64,000 bases of DNA from an uncultured Thermococci archaeon (lineage in GTDB: Archaea; Methanobacteriota_B; Thermococci; Methanofastidiosales; B48-G16): contig CAZQQT010000003.1 in assembly GCA_964595645.1 (NCBI GenBank), positions 64,001 to 128,000 of the forward strand, given 5' to 3'. The translations under genes and the position numbers were made by a program. How positions within the stretch are numbered: the first letter of the stretch is position 1; every line of letters starts with the position of its first letter. Under the pieces are notes generated by a model. It made no database searches. It had not been told where the DNA came from and was given only the letters and a program-made list of their open reading frames with translations. Of this stretch, positions 1-9,775 are shown one piece after another.

Positions 1-2
1 TC

Positions 3-821
3 TCTTCAGAGGACAGGATTCAGAAGATTATAGCCCAAAGACAAGATAATGTTCCCAGAAGTGATATATTCTTTGTAGAACTTGAAGAAATAGCAGAAGG
101 GAACTATTTTGGTCATCTCGAGTTATCAAAGTTTTTTGAGAAATTATATCCTCAAAGCTCGATGCCCTTTATCCGGGAGAGAATGTACCCCTATCTTGAA
201 AAACTTGTTAATTTATTAGTAGAAAAAAATACTATTTCTCCTTTATATGGAAGGATTCTTCTATTAAGTGGATGGCTCCAACCCCATGATGTTGTTGAGT
301 ACTTATACAAACCGTTTTTATGGAAACGAGGGGAAAAAGTAACCTTTAGGAGACTCTTCCTCGATCGAGGGTTCTTGCCCTTTCTTGATTTATTTCACTA
401 CGCCTTTATCTTTGATAATGAAGACCGTGAAAAGTTTAAAGAGCGACATTCCATGATTTTCAATAATTTTGGAACAATTCTCAAAGTAATGGGATTTAGT
501 TTCAAAAATAAGTACAGAATCAACAATATGATCTTTTTATATAATTTTTCAGATCTTATGGCATCTAAACTATATGAGTATGTGGAGGAGAGACACGAAC
601 ATTGTGACTCTATAGGCATAGAGGATGACTTCTTAGTCACGAGCATAGAAAATGGTTTTCTTATTAAGAATGCCAAAGCACTTTTAGAAAGATCTGGAGG
701 CGTTACTAAGAGTTTTTACGGTCCTGTAGGTCCTTTTTTAGAAAATAACAAACTGGTCTCACGTCTCCTTGATGAGAAAAGATCAATTGAGGAAATAAAA
801 GAGGAACTACAAAGTTGTTAA
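3..821 (+). CDS. hypothetical cargo protein of integrated element (5'-truncated by window edge)
   Basis: The frame of ORF 162..821 stays open back to position 3 (SSEDRIQKII...). AT-rich, convergent with the integrase, no recognisable motif. Confidence 0.6.
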   Translation, partial: SSEDRIQKIIAQRQDNVPRSDIFFVELEEIAEGNYFGHLELSKFFEKLYPQSSMPFIRERMYPYLEKLVNLLVEKNTISPLYGRILLLSGWLQPHDVVEYLYKPFLWKRGEKVTFRRLFLDRGFLPFLDLFHYAFIFDNEDREKFKERHSMIFNNFGTILKVMGFSFKNKYRINNMIFLYNFSDLMASKLYEYVEERHEHCDSIGIEDDFLVTSIENGFLIKNAKALLERSGGVTKSFYGPVGPFLENNKLVSRLLDEKRSIEEIKEELQSC

Positions 822-823
822 GT

Positions 824-2044
824 TTATATTTCCCCTTCTCCCACTATTGCTTGCATCTTCTTGAATAGCTCCGGTTTCTTCTTAAAAAGTTCGACCATCT
901 CTATAAATTTTTTCATCTCTGGTAAAACTTCTGAGTCTTCTATAGCGATATCTGGGAAATCTCCGCCAAGTTTGGTGCTCCGCATTTGGAGTTTCACTGC
1001 TTCTTCTTCATTCAGGACCGCTCCACACCGGCCACAGAACCGATCTGTGGGTCCATTAGTGTATCCACACCGTGGACACTCTTTGGGTCCAAACTCTTCC
1101 TCCTTTTCATTCTCGTCTTTTGTCTCTATCCCGTAATGTTTGAGGAGCGTCTTATCCACATCTCGGCCACTGAGATGGACGTAGGTAGCTGGCATATCAC
1201 TCCCCTGCACCCACCCAAAGTATTCGTTCATCTCGGCCTCGGTGAGCACACCAGCCAAGTGAGTAGCCCGAGAGTGTCGGAACACGTGGGGGGTCACGTT
1301 CTTATCGATCCCGGCCTCCTTGGCGATCTTCTTAATTCTCTGAGAGATCCCTTGATAGGTGATTCCTTTTTTTTCATAATTCGTGGAGAGATTCACCCAG
1401 AGGGGAGCGTCTTTATTCTCCTTATCAGGATGCATCTCGATCCACTTCACCAATGCAGAGGAGGATGAGACCACCCGTACTCTCCTTTCTCCTGTTTTTC
1501 CTTTCACCTTAATGACCGCTCCATGATCGTCGAACTCCACATTTCTCATTCTCAAACTTGCCAACTCCCCCACTCTCAGCCCACCCTCGTACAGGACCGC
1601 GATCATGGCCTTGTTCCGTGGGTGGTCCGCCGTTTCGATCATGCTTTTTACTTCCTGTTTCGTGAGGAGGTCTTCCGGGAGCTTCTTTTTATTGTTTCGT
1701 ATTGTTGTTTTCACATCTTCTGTGAGCTCCCCCTTCCCCAGCCACCGGAAGAACCGTTTTAACACGACCTTGTAGTCTTTCTTGGTGTAGTCCGAGTACT
1801 CAGATTGTTCTAACTGAGAAAGAAATCGCACCACTTCGTCTTCATCCCATTCGGTAAATGTTTTATCCGTTTTCTCGGCGATGACCTTCAGGTGGTTCGC
1901 GTACTTCAGCACCCGTGCCTTGGTCAGGCCCTCGGCGAACAACTTCTCGAGGAACTTCATGATGAGTTCAGCGTTCTCCCCGTTCTCTATCCCCCGGATC
2001 CGCTCCCTCACATTCTCCAGCTGGTACTCAAAATCGTACAACAT
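824..2044 (-). CDS. tyrosine integrase, archaeal SNJ2-like family with C-terminal Zn ribbon
   Basis: Catalytic R (GGLRVGEL), K (KGKTG), HxxR (PHVFRH), W (YFGW), Y (ATYVHL); C-terminal CPRCG...CGRCG. Confidence 0.9.
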   Translation of the reverse strand: MLYDFEYQLENVRERIRGIENGENAELIMKFLEKLFAEGLTKARVLKYANHLKVIAEKTDKTFTEWDEDEVVRFLSQLEQSEYSDYTKKDYKVVLKRFFRWLGKGELTEDVKTTIRNNKKKLPEDLLTKQEVKSMIETADHPRNKAMIAVLYEGGLRVGELASLRMRNVEFDDHGAVIKVKGKTGERRVRVVSSSSALVKWIEMHPDKENKDAPLWVNLSTNYEKKGITYQGISQRIKKIAKEAGIDKNVTPHVFRHSRATHLAGVLTEAEMNEYFGWVQGSDMPATYVHLSGRDVDKTLLKHYGIETKDENEKEEEFGPKECPRCGYTNGPTDRFCGRCGAVLNEEEAVKLQMRSTKLGGDFPDIAIEDSEVLPEMKKFIEMVELFKKKPELFKKMQAIVGEGEI

Positions 2045-2106
2045 ACCTCTTTTCAGCCTCTCTCTTTATAAATGTTTGGGTGAGAATTAAACCCAAGATA
2101 TATAAG

Positions 2107-2120
2107 CCCGGCCGGAGCAC
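2107..2120 (+). repeat. putative att core CCCGGCCGGAGCAC (3' end of archaeal tRNA-Glu)
   Basis: GC-rich 14-mer in AT-rich DNA matching the typical archaeal tRNA-Glu 3' end (...AATCCCGGCCGGAGCACCA); about 60 bp from the integrase start. Confidence 0.7.
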
Positions 2121-2186
2121 TTTTTTATACTAAAGCTAATTGGTACCGACATCTATATACATTGAGAAATTGTATTTGAATATGCT

Positions 2187-2350
2187 ATGGTAAAAATTAT
2201 AGGGCCAGAAGCAATTGAAGATGCACTATTCGAGTATCATTCACAATTAGCGTCTACCATATTACATAAAAAAATAAAAAATAGTTCACCGCAGAGCATT
2301 GTTGAGATCGGTTCAGGACCAGGTACATTCACTATCCCACTTTTGATGGA
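2187..2350 (+). pseudogene. class I SAM methyltransferase N-terminal fragment
   Basis: Motif I IVEIGSGPG; similarity stops immediately after it and the frame then reads antisense to the next fragment. Confidence 0.6.
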
Positions 2351-2637
2351 AGACGCTCTAGTTCTTTTGTATCGATGGTTTCATCATGAAGAGCAGGAGA
2401 TTCCACCACATATCGCTGGAGCTCCTCAGGAAGTTCGGCGAGTCTATCAATGAAGGATTTCTCCGTAGTATCCAGTGCTCTATTCTCTCCCAGTACTTTC
2501 AGCGATTCCTGTATTTCTCTGGAAATTCCCTTTTCTTTTGTATATGCGATTGCAGGGTTTTCTTCTGTCTGCGTGAGACAGCCAGAAATCAGGAGTAATG
2601 AACTCACTACAACAACAATATATTTTTCATATTTCAT
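2332..2637 (-). pseudogene. lipoprotein N-terminal fragment
   Basis: Signal peptide with lipobox-like LLISGC; ends inside the methyltransferase fragment. Confidence 0.5.
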
Positions 2638-2766
2638 ACATCTTTTCTGTAGTAAATCTATAAAAATGTTATTTCTTCAGAACAATATCTACTCAACTGT
2701 GTCTGCTTGTTTCTCTAGATTTCCCCTGAATGGACTCTCTCTTCTCCTAGAAATCGTTTTTATACC

Positions 2767-3417
2767 TCAAAACTCCCCAAAGGGGAGGATGGCAACAACG
2801 ATCCAGTAGGCAATATAAGGAATCAGCACCACAAGAAAAGCTCTTTTGCTGTTTATGTTGTACCGCTCTCTCACAGCAATGACCATTAAGATGAATGCCC
2901 ATAAAAAGAATATATTGTACTCCCTGAGAAACGCTGAGGGGAGATGAGGGTGTCGGAGCTGGTACACGAACTCTTCGTATGATGGCGGCTGGTAGGTTAG
3001 TCCGTTGTATACCTCTACTACTCCTTTGAATATAAATGGCAAATACGTATAGGCCATCATGTGTATGGTAGTGAACACTCTATCTCCCTCACCACCCAAA
3101 TAACGGGAAAATACGTGGAAGACAATCGATTTTATCGTCAACGCTACTGGAATGAGGAGGACAGAAAAGATAATTCTGGTTGCTGTCACCATCCACTGCA
3201 TCTCTGCTTTGATGAGTGTATACCCCACTCCCCCTGCATACTGTCTTCTCAGACCCAGCGTTTTATGAACAACTAACCCATCCGCTATTCCAAATAGTAC
3301 TCCCACGATAAGAATAATTGCTAGAGCTACCGTCCATTTTTCTTCAGATTTTAACTCTCGGAACGTTTGTCCTGCCTTAAGTAGATTCAATAGTTGTAAC
3401 ATGGTACCATTTTTCAT
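2767..3417 (-). CDS. Yip1-family membrane protein
   Basis: About 5 hydrophobic segments; Yip1-like pattern (TF.EL at N-terminus, FSRYLGG.G, AYTYLP, W.FILMVIAVRE). Confidence 0.7.
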   Translation of the reverse strand: MKNGTMLQLLNLLKAGQTFRELKSEEKWTVALAIILIVGVLFGIADGLVVHKTLGLRRQYAGGVGYTLIKAEMQWMVTATRIIFSVLLIPVALTIKSIVFHVFSRYLGGEGDRVFTTIHMMAYTYLPFIFKGVVEVYNGLTYQPPSYEEFVYQLRHPHLPSAFLREYNIFFLWAFILMVIAVRERYNINSKRAFLVVLIPYIAYWIVVAILPFGEF

Positions 3418-3759
3418 TGTTTTTCCTAATGTGTCGATGAGTATTCTCTCATTTTACCAAGTGTGTCACCCTTCCAAGAACTTTTAGGAGTTCAATTATC
3501 GCTTAGGGAATTTCGAGTGGTATTAACAATCTGTTATTGCAATAATGACATTTGCATGGTTTATGGCTGGTTTCTTGTCCATATTTAATAGTTTTATTTT
3601 TTGTATAAAAATTTTCGGTTGAAATATGTAATATAATAAAAGTATTTTACCATATAATCTACAGAAAATATTTAAAGAACTTAAATAGAATAATCTTTTA
3701 TAGATAAAGATATACTCTTTGATAAGATACTATTTTTTGTCTATAACTTCATTAAAAAT

Positions 3760-4093
3760 ATGATTTTTGTCTACGGTATCTGTATCAGTCTCGCCGTAGT
3801 GATCGCCCTATTGTTCTATATTGTGAAGGGAACGCCTTTTATCCAGACGTATCTCGATGCATTGGGGACACTCGGAGTGGCGCTTATGATTGGAGGAGCG
3901 CTTATTTTGGCAGCATCAGCCCAATGGGGAGGGTGGTCCAGTAGAGTATGGCGGCTACGTCGATACACGATACACAGAAGAAGTAGGAAAATGGAAAAGT
4001 GGCCTTGCTTCAAGGGTGGGTCAGGGATTCTTCGTATTTGTTTACGGACTCCTTCTCGAATTTATCGTGTACGTTTCAGGACCTGGGCCATGA
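3760..4093 (+). pseudogene. small membrane protein, apparently frameshifted near 3925-3940
   Basis: Two TM helices in the 3760 frame and a third in the overlapping 3890 frame, switching at a G-rich stretch. Confidence 0.4.
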
Positions 4094-4171
4094 ACGTATC
4101 TGTTGTAATCTTTAAAGGTGTCAAATAAGAATAATTTTTTTATTTGAAAGATAAAAATACAAATAGAAAGC

Positions 4172-4179
4172 TTTATAAA
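4172..4179 (+). promoter_or_regulatory. BRE/TATA box of CxxC-x17-CxxC gene
   Basis: GAAAGC-TTTATAAA; SD AGGTGA at 4243-4248. Confidence 0.55.
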
Positions 4180-4252
4180 GGAGTCCATCATTGGTTCTTC
4201 GTGAGAATTGTATGTTTATGGATTCTCATGCAGAAAACAATAAGGTGAATAT

Positions 4253-4393
4253 ATGAATAGAAATTTTGGTACAAGAAAGATGCATAAAGCTACATGTGCT
4301 GACTGCGGCGAGGATTGTGAAGTTCCATTCAAACCTCAGGAAGGAAGACCGGTATACTGTAGAGACTGCTATCAGAAACATAGAAAGTATTGA
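4253..4393 (+). CDS. CxxC-x17-CxxC small zinc-binding protein, 46 aa (absent from ORF track)
   Basis: Manual translation MNRNFGTRKMHKATCADCGEDCEVPFKPQEGRPVYCRDCYQKHRKY; exact x17 spacing and VPFKP..GRPVYC signature. Confidence 0.92.
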   Translation: MNRNFGTRKMHKATCADCGEDCEVPFKPQEGRPVYCRDCYQKHRKY

Positions 4394-4698
4394 GTGTCAA
4401 TTCTCTTCTAAAGAGATTTAACGGTAGTGAAAGAACTATTTCTTTTTATTTTTCTTTTATTTACGGAAAAACTCTCTTGTTCTATGGTTCTCAGTCATAT
4501 ACTGTGACTTTAAATAAGCCTCTTTTGTCTTCTTTTTCCAACCTTACTACTACCTTTTTTATTCTATAAGTGTTTCTTCCTCCTTCTGAAAAATTTTTAT
4601 ATAATTTCAATGGAAATTTAATATAAATAGGAGTATTGGCTAAAATATCTCGCAAAAATCTTAGAAAAATATTTATAGATACGAAAAAGATATATTTA

Positions 4699-5379
4699 AT
4701 GACTAAAATAATAGCTGTAAATGGAAGCCCAAAAAAAGAAAAAGGGAATACTTCTATGATATTGAAACCGTTTTTACAGGGTATAAAAGAAGCCGAAGCC
4801 GAGACTGAACTTTTTTACACCCATTCCATGAATTTAAAACCATGTACAGGTAAACTTATATGTTGGAATAAGACACCTGGTGAATGCTATATCGAAGATG
4901 ACATGCAGAAATTATATCCAAAATTAAGGAAAGCTGAGATACTTGTACTTGCCACACCAGTGTATATACCTCTACCAGCGAGATTTCAGAAGTTTATGAA
5001 TAGACTCGTTCCATTGATGGATCCGGTGTTGGAACGAAGAGACGGACGTACCAGAGCTACGTTGCGTGAGGATGTAAACCTGAAAAAATTTGTTCTCGTG
5101 TCCACCTCCGGGTGGTGGGAAAAAGAGAATATGGATACTGTAGTTCGAATAGTCAAAGAGCTTGCTGAAGATGCGAGTGTAGAATTTCCTACCCCTCTGT
5201 TGAGACCTCATTCCCACCTGATGAAAAAAGAAGGAAGAGTGACTGAGGAAGGTGAAAAAATAATAAAAGCTGCAAAAAGTGCTGGATATGAACTGATCAC
5301 AAAAGGAAATATAAGTAAAGCTACTGCAGAAAAAATCAGTCGACCACTCATCTCATTTGAAGACTATCTGCGGCGATAG
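4699..5379 (+). CDS. flavodoxin family / NADPH-dependent FMN reductase (iron-sulfur flavoprotein-like)
   Basis: NGSPKKEKGNT, PCTGKLICW...C..EDDM, ATPVY. Start moved to the ATG downstream of a TATA box. Confidence 0.85.
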   Translation: MTKIIAVNGSPKKEKGNTSMILKPFLQGIKEAEAETELFYTHSMNLKPCTGKLICWNKTPGECYIEDDMQKLYPKLRKAEILVLATPVYIPLPARFQKFMNRLVPLMDPVLERRDGRTRATLREDVNLKKFVLVSTSGWWEKENMDTVVRIVKELAEDASVEFPTPLLRPHSHLMKKEGRVTEEGEKIIKAAKSAGYELITKGNISKATAEKISRPLISFEDYLRR

Positions 5380-5720
5380 TGCTCCCCATTACAGCGGCGA
5401 TGAAAGTTTCACATTTTTTTCTGGGGACAGATGAGGAGAGGAGTTATATACATTCACGCTGGATGAGAAATACTTTGTGGATGATTAATAGCAACATGAG
5501 AGCAGGTATCCCTCCTGAAAAACATGATAGTGTTCTTACACACTATGGAGACGCTTTAAAATATAGGAAAGAGCTTTCTATGGACGATAAAAATCTTGAA
5601 CATCTTTTTCTCGTTGATAAGGAAGATTTCATTAGGTTTAAAGGAAAAGGATACGCAGAAAAGAAAAAAATCAAGAAAATACTAAAAATAAGTGAGCAAG
5701 GGTGCCACAAGAAGCAGTAG
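5379..5720 (+). CDS. hypothetical protein or fragment
   Basis: 113-aa ORF with GTG start abutting the upstream stop; no motif. Confidence 0.3.
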   Translation: MLPITAAMKVSHFFLGTDEERSYIHSRWMRNTLWMINSNMRAGIPPEKHDSVLTHYGDALKYRKELSMDDKNLEHLFLVDKEDFIRFKGKGYAEKKKIKKILKISEQGCHKKQ

Positions 5721-5850
5721 ATCGATCGTCTCCATGATAGTATTGTGAGAACTCCCAACAATATATTGGCGGCAGTTCTAGATGGATGATGGCAAAAGAA
5801 ATAAAAGGGAAAGAAATCGATGGTATCCATGATCTTGGGGAGAGGAGCAC

Positions 5851-7038
5851 ATGACAGATGACACGAAACTTACCACATTAGGGACCACATATAAGGATGC
5901 AGTACGGCGATGGCAGAGTTTCCATGGCTATACAATGCCAGCCAGCTTTACTACACCCATGGACGAGGTAATGGCGGCTTTGCAAAACGTTGTTATGTTC
6001 GATATTTCTGATATGTTGTATACTGTAGTATCAGGAGAAAATGTGCTAGAGTTCGCGCATAGACTCCAGGTACGAAAGTTCAACGACACACACGATCCCA
6101 AAAGAACTCCATATGGAAGATCAAAGTACACATTTTTTCTGGACGATGGATACGTAAAAGAAGATGGCATGATGGGGTTCTATGATGGAAAGTTGGTAAT
6201 TACGACGAATGTCTGCCTCAGGGAGGAGATGCTCGCCACCTATGGCCGTATTGCAGACGAAGTAGGAGGAGTGGAGATTGCAGATTGCACAGACACTATA
6301 TCCGCTATCTCTGTACAGGGGCGTAATCTAGAGGAGGTATTACCAGAGCTTTTCGATATTCGTCTCGATCGCTTCGCATTCACTGAAACGACCATCCGAG
6401 GATTAAAGACTCATGCACTCACAGGGAATGTCCATGGGGTATCCACAACCGTGTTTGACAAGCCGCTGGTATTTAAGTTGAGTTACGGCGTGAACGGTAT
6501 TGAAATCGTTGTAGACAAAGAGGACGGCCCTCAATTGTGGAATCACTTAGAGGGATTGGGAATAACGCCAGCTGCACAGATCGCACGGGATTGGCTGAGA
6601 ATAATCAAAGGGTACCCTCTCAATGGGAATGACTTCGGTCGCGATGAAAGGAAAACACCCCATGAACTCGGGTATGGGCATCTTGTTGAAAATACGGACT
6701 GTATTGGCTATAAAGAACCAAAAGAAGAGAGAGAGCGATATAAACGTGTAAGTTTTGTAGTCGATGGCGGCATAGGGCCATTACCTAGAAAAGGACATAC
6801 CCTCTTCGATGAAAGGGGTAACGAAATAGGGCATGTGACCTCCGGAGGACTGGCTCCGTTGCCAGCACATGCACACTCTCAGATCACGAAGAAGCGGGTT
6901 GGAATAGGATACGTAAAAAAAGGCTACAACGCACAAGGGGACTCTCTGTATGTTGATATCAGAGGAAAAAAACACAAAGCTGAGATTCAGAACCCCCCAT
7001 TGATAAAAGACAAGGACCTTAAACGATTAGAGATTTGA
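5851..7038 (+). CDS. GcvT-like aminomethyltransferase family protein (divergent)
   Basis: FDISDM, ISVQG, GIEI, ARDWLR..KGYPL.GND, IGHVTSG, C-terminal VDIRGK. Confidence 0.8.
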   Translation: MTDDTKLTTLGTTYKDAVRRWQSFHGYTMPASFTTPMDEVMAALQNVVMFDISDMLYTVVSGENVLEFAHRLQVRKFNDTHDPKRTPYGRSKYTFFLDDGYVKEDGMMGFYDGKLVITTNVCLREEMLATYGRIADEVGGVEIADCTDTISAISVQGRNLEEVLPELFDIRLDRFAFTETTIRGLKTHALTGNVHGVSTTVFDKPLVFKLSYGVNGIEIVVDKEDGPQLWNHLEGLGITPAAQIARDWLRIIKGYPLNGNDFGRDERKTPHELGYGHLVENTDCIGYKEPKEERERYKRVSFVVDGGIGPLPRKGHTLFDERGNEIGHVTSGGLAPLPAHAHSQITKKRVGIGYVKKGYNAQGDSLYVDIRGKKHKAEIQNPPLIKDKDLKRLEI

Positions 7039-7060
7039 GCAGGTGTGAATGTTCCACTCG

Positions 7061-7930
7061 TTATTCTCGTACCAGAGGACGGGTGAGGCACGTGGGACCG
7101 CCCTGCCCTTTCCTACAGATCTCATTCCCTTTCATTTCCCACACTTCTGCTCCAGCATCCTCTAGTAACTGTTTCGTCCGTGGATTTCCCTCCACCATCA
7201 CGCACTGACGCGGTGCCACAGCAAGGACATTGCACCCCATGGTGTTAAACTCAGAGTCTGGAACATCAATCAGCTGAATACCTCTGTCACACAACGATTC
7301 ACGAAATGGAATGGGCATAAGTGGGGAGTAGACCACTGCGAGATCGTGGTCGATGGGACTGAAGATCGACATGAGATGAAAGACATCATCAGGGCCATAG
7401 TAGTGAGGCAGTGGAACGGTGATGACGTCAATGTTCGCGTCAAGCAGCGAACGAAGCTGGTGGATACCTTCATCGTCCGTCCGGTAGCTACGCCCCACAG
7501 CCACTGTTGTGTTGTCTATCCAGGTGACATCACCGCCTTCTAATCGGCCCGGATCATGAATTTTTCCTACTATCGATACTCCACATTCTTTAAGAGCTTC
7601 TCCATTGATTAATGGCTCGTAAATTCGTTCGTTCTTTCCCATATTGCATAGAACTACACCCGCAGGCGTCACAATTGTCGCGTCCCGGACGTACAGACTG
7701 TCGAGGCTGAGACGCTCGTCTCCAGGGAGAAAGTCGATTGTAATATTAAAGCGCTGTAACAATGTAAAAAAATCATTATATTCCTTCACAGCCTCAGTAT
7801 ACGAGGGCTTTTCCGTATACCCTAACCTATGCCATTGTGTATCAATATGTCTCTGATTCACAAACGCTTCCTGTGGTTTACGAAGCACCATGTGTGTGAT
7901 ACGCCCAACTTCAGATAACTGTCCATCCAT
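7061..7930 (-). CDS. amidinotransferase / DDAH (arginine deiminase superfamily) protein
   Basis: DSLYVRD, LEGGD, FHL, MGCN, GQGGPTCLT. Confidence 0.88.
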   Translation of the reverse strand: MDGQLSEVGRITHMVLRKPQEAFVNQRHIDTQWHRLGYTEKPSYTEAVKEYNDFFTLLQRFNITIDFLPGDERLSLDSLYVRDATIVTPAGVVLCNMGKNERIYEPLINGEALKECGVSIVGKIHDPGRLEGGDVTWIDNTTVAVGRSYRTDDEGIHQLRSLLDANIDVITVPLPHYYGPDDVFHLMSIFSPIDHDLAVVYSPLMPIPFRESLCDRGIQLIDVPDSEFNTMGCNVLAVAPRQCVMVEGNPRTKQLLEDAGAEVWEMKGNEICRKGQGGPTCLTRPLVRE

Positions 7931-7985
7931 TCGTACTCACATTACACTCATTAATTTTATATGTTTCTCATTCCTTCGAAAAGTA

Positions 7986-8369
7986 ATGGTATCCACAGAT
8001 CCTAAAACAGTTGTATTACAGTTCAATGAGTGTATCAATAACCGTGATCTGGAAAATCTCGTGGCACTCATGACAGAGGATCATACCTTTATCGATGCGT
8101 CGGGAGATGCACTCCACGGGTGTGAGGAGATGAAGAACGCGTGGAAAACTTTTTTTGAGCAGTACCCGGGTTACCGCAATATCTTCTCGTATGTTGAGTC
8201 GAGGGGCGATTTCGTGATTATGATCGGACGTTCCGAGTGTACTGAGGGATCGTTGCGCGGATCTGCTATCTGGACTGCAGTAGTAGAGAATGGGCGCGTG
8301 GCAGAATGGTGTGTTTATGAGGACAGCGAAGAGATCCGTAAGAAGTTGGAGATCGATACAGAAAAATAA
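7986..8369 (+). CDS. SnoaL/NTF2-like protein
   Basis: FNECIN.RDLE.L.ALMTEDH.FID pattern, 127 aa. Confidence 0.8.
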   Translation: MVSTDPKTVVLQFNECINNRDLENLVALMTEDHTFIDASGDALHGCEEMKNAWKTFFEQYPGYRNIFSYVESRGDFVIMIGRSECTEGSLRGSAIWTAVVENGRVAEWCVYEDSEEIRKKLEIDTEK

Positions 8370-8395
8370 AAAAAGGAGTGAAAAGTAACTATAGT

Positions 8396-9766
8396 ATGAA
8401 AGAATATGACATTCTGGTATTAGGTCATGGTTCTGCAGGATCAATTGTACAAAATGCAGTAATGCACGATATGAAAACAGCATTGGTAGACAAAGGGCCA
8501 CTGGGCGGTACCTGCTTGAATTTCGGATGCATTCCTTCTAAAATGATAATATACCCGGCAGATCGCATCGTTGAGATCCAGGAAGCCGAAAAACTCGGTA
8601 TCGATGCAGAGGTGAATGCCATAGCTTTCGAGAACATCATGGAACGGATGCGGAGAGTCATCCGTGACAGTCATGATCATATGAAAGGAATTGGGCAAGT
8701 TGAAGGTCTCGATTACCACAATGGAGAAGGACGGTTCGTCGATGAGTACACCGTAGAGGTTGGTGGTGAGACCCTTCGAGGGGAGAAAGTGTTCATTGGT
8801 ACCGGTGCACGTCCCTTAATTCCTCCAATAAACGGCATTGACGAGATTGAGTATCTGACCAATGAGACTGTATTCGATCTCACCGAACGGCCAGAGAGCA
8901 TCGCAATTGTCGGTGGCGGTTATGTTGCCGTTGAGTTTGCCCATTTCTTCTCGGCTGTTGGTACAGCAGTGACTATTCTCCAGCGGGGAAAGCGATTGAT
9001 AAAAAATGCCGAGCCCGAAATCTCAGAGCTGTTACAGAAAAAGCTGGAGGAACGAATGAATGTCTATACCAATACCGAGGTTGTTGAAGTTAAAAAAGAA
9101 GGAGACAGCATTGTTGTAGTAGGTAAGGATACGAATACCGGTGGAGAACGAACTGTCACCGTAGAAAAAGTGTTGGTTGCAGCAGGCAGGAGGTCCAACG
9201 CCGATCTCTTAAACGTAGAAAATACCGGTGTAGAGACAGATCAACGAGGATACATCAAGGTCAATGAGTATTTAGAGACGAGCAAAGCGAATATCTGGGC
9301 GTTGGGAGATGCAACGGGGCAGCATATGTTCAAACACGTTGCCAATGAAGAGGCCATGGTTGCGTGGAACAACGCTATGAACGACGAAAAAATAACGGTG
9401 AACTATAATACTGTCCCCTACGCAATTTTTACTCGCCCTCAGATTGCCGCCGTGGGAATGACAGAAGAAGACGCCAGAGGGGATCATGATATACTTGTCG
9501 GTCGTGCGTCGTACCTCGATGTGGCAAAGGGCGAGGCGATGGTAGAGAAGGACGGATTTGCAAAGGCTATCGTTGAGAGGGAATCACGGAAGATTCTCGG
9601 GTTTCATATCATCGGTCCCTATGCCCCTCTTCTCATACAGGAGGTAACTGATATCATGGCACTGAATGGAACGGTCGGCCATCTTGGCGTGGGGATGCAT
9701 ATTCACCCAGCACTCTCTGAACTTATCCTTGAGACACTCGGAAACCTTAAACCGCCTTCCGAATAA
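8396..9766 (+). CDS. dihydrolipoamide dehydrogenase-family pyridine nucleotide-disulfide oxidoreductase
   Basis: GGTCLNFGCIPSK redox disulfide, GGGYVAVE, C-terminal HPALSE. Confidence 0.88.
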   Translation: MKEYDILVLGHGSAGSIVQNAVMHDMKTALVDKGPLGGTCLNFGCIPSKMIIYPADRIVEIQEAEKLGIDAEVNAIAFENIMERMRRVIRDSHDHMKGIGQVEGLDYHNGEGRFVDEYTVEVGGETLRGEKVFIGTGARPLIPPINGIDEIEYLTNETVFDLTERPESIAIVGGGYVAVEFAHFFSAVGTAVTILQRGKRLIKNAEPEISELLQKKLEERMNVYTNTEVVEVKKEGDSIVVVGKDTNTGGERTVTVEKVLVAAGRRSNADLLNVENTGVETDQRGYIKVNEYLETSKANIWALGDATGQHMFKHVANEEAMVAWNNAMNDEKITVNYNTVPYAIFTRPQIAAVGMTEEDARGDHDILVGRASYLDVAKGEAMVEKDGFAKAIVERESRKILGFHIIGPYAPLLIQEVTDIMALNGTVGHLGVGMHIHPALSELILETLGNLKPPSE

Positions 9767-9775
9767 AGGAAGAAA

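Larger units (their letters stand above)
1..2120. mobile_element. right end of tRNA-integrated element (SNJ2-like integrase plus att core)
   Basis: Integrase gene lies next to a tRNA 3'-end-like 14-mer followed by a T6 tract; the left end is outside the window. Confidence 0.7.
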
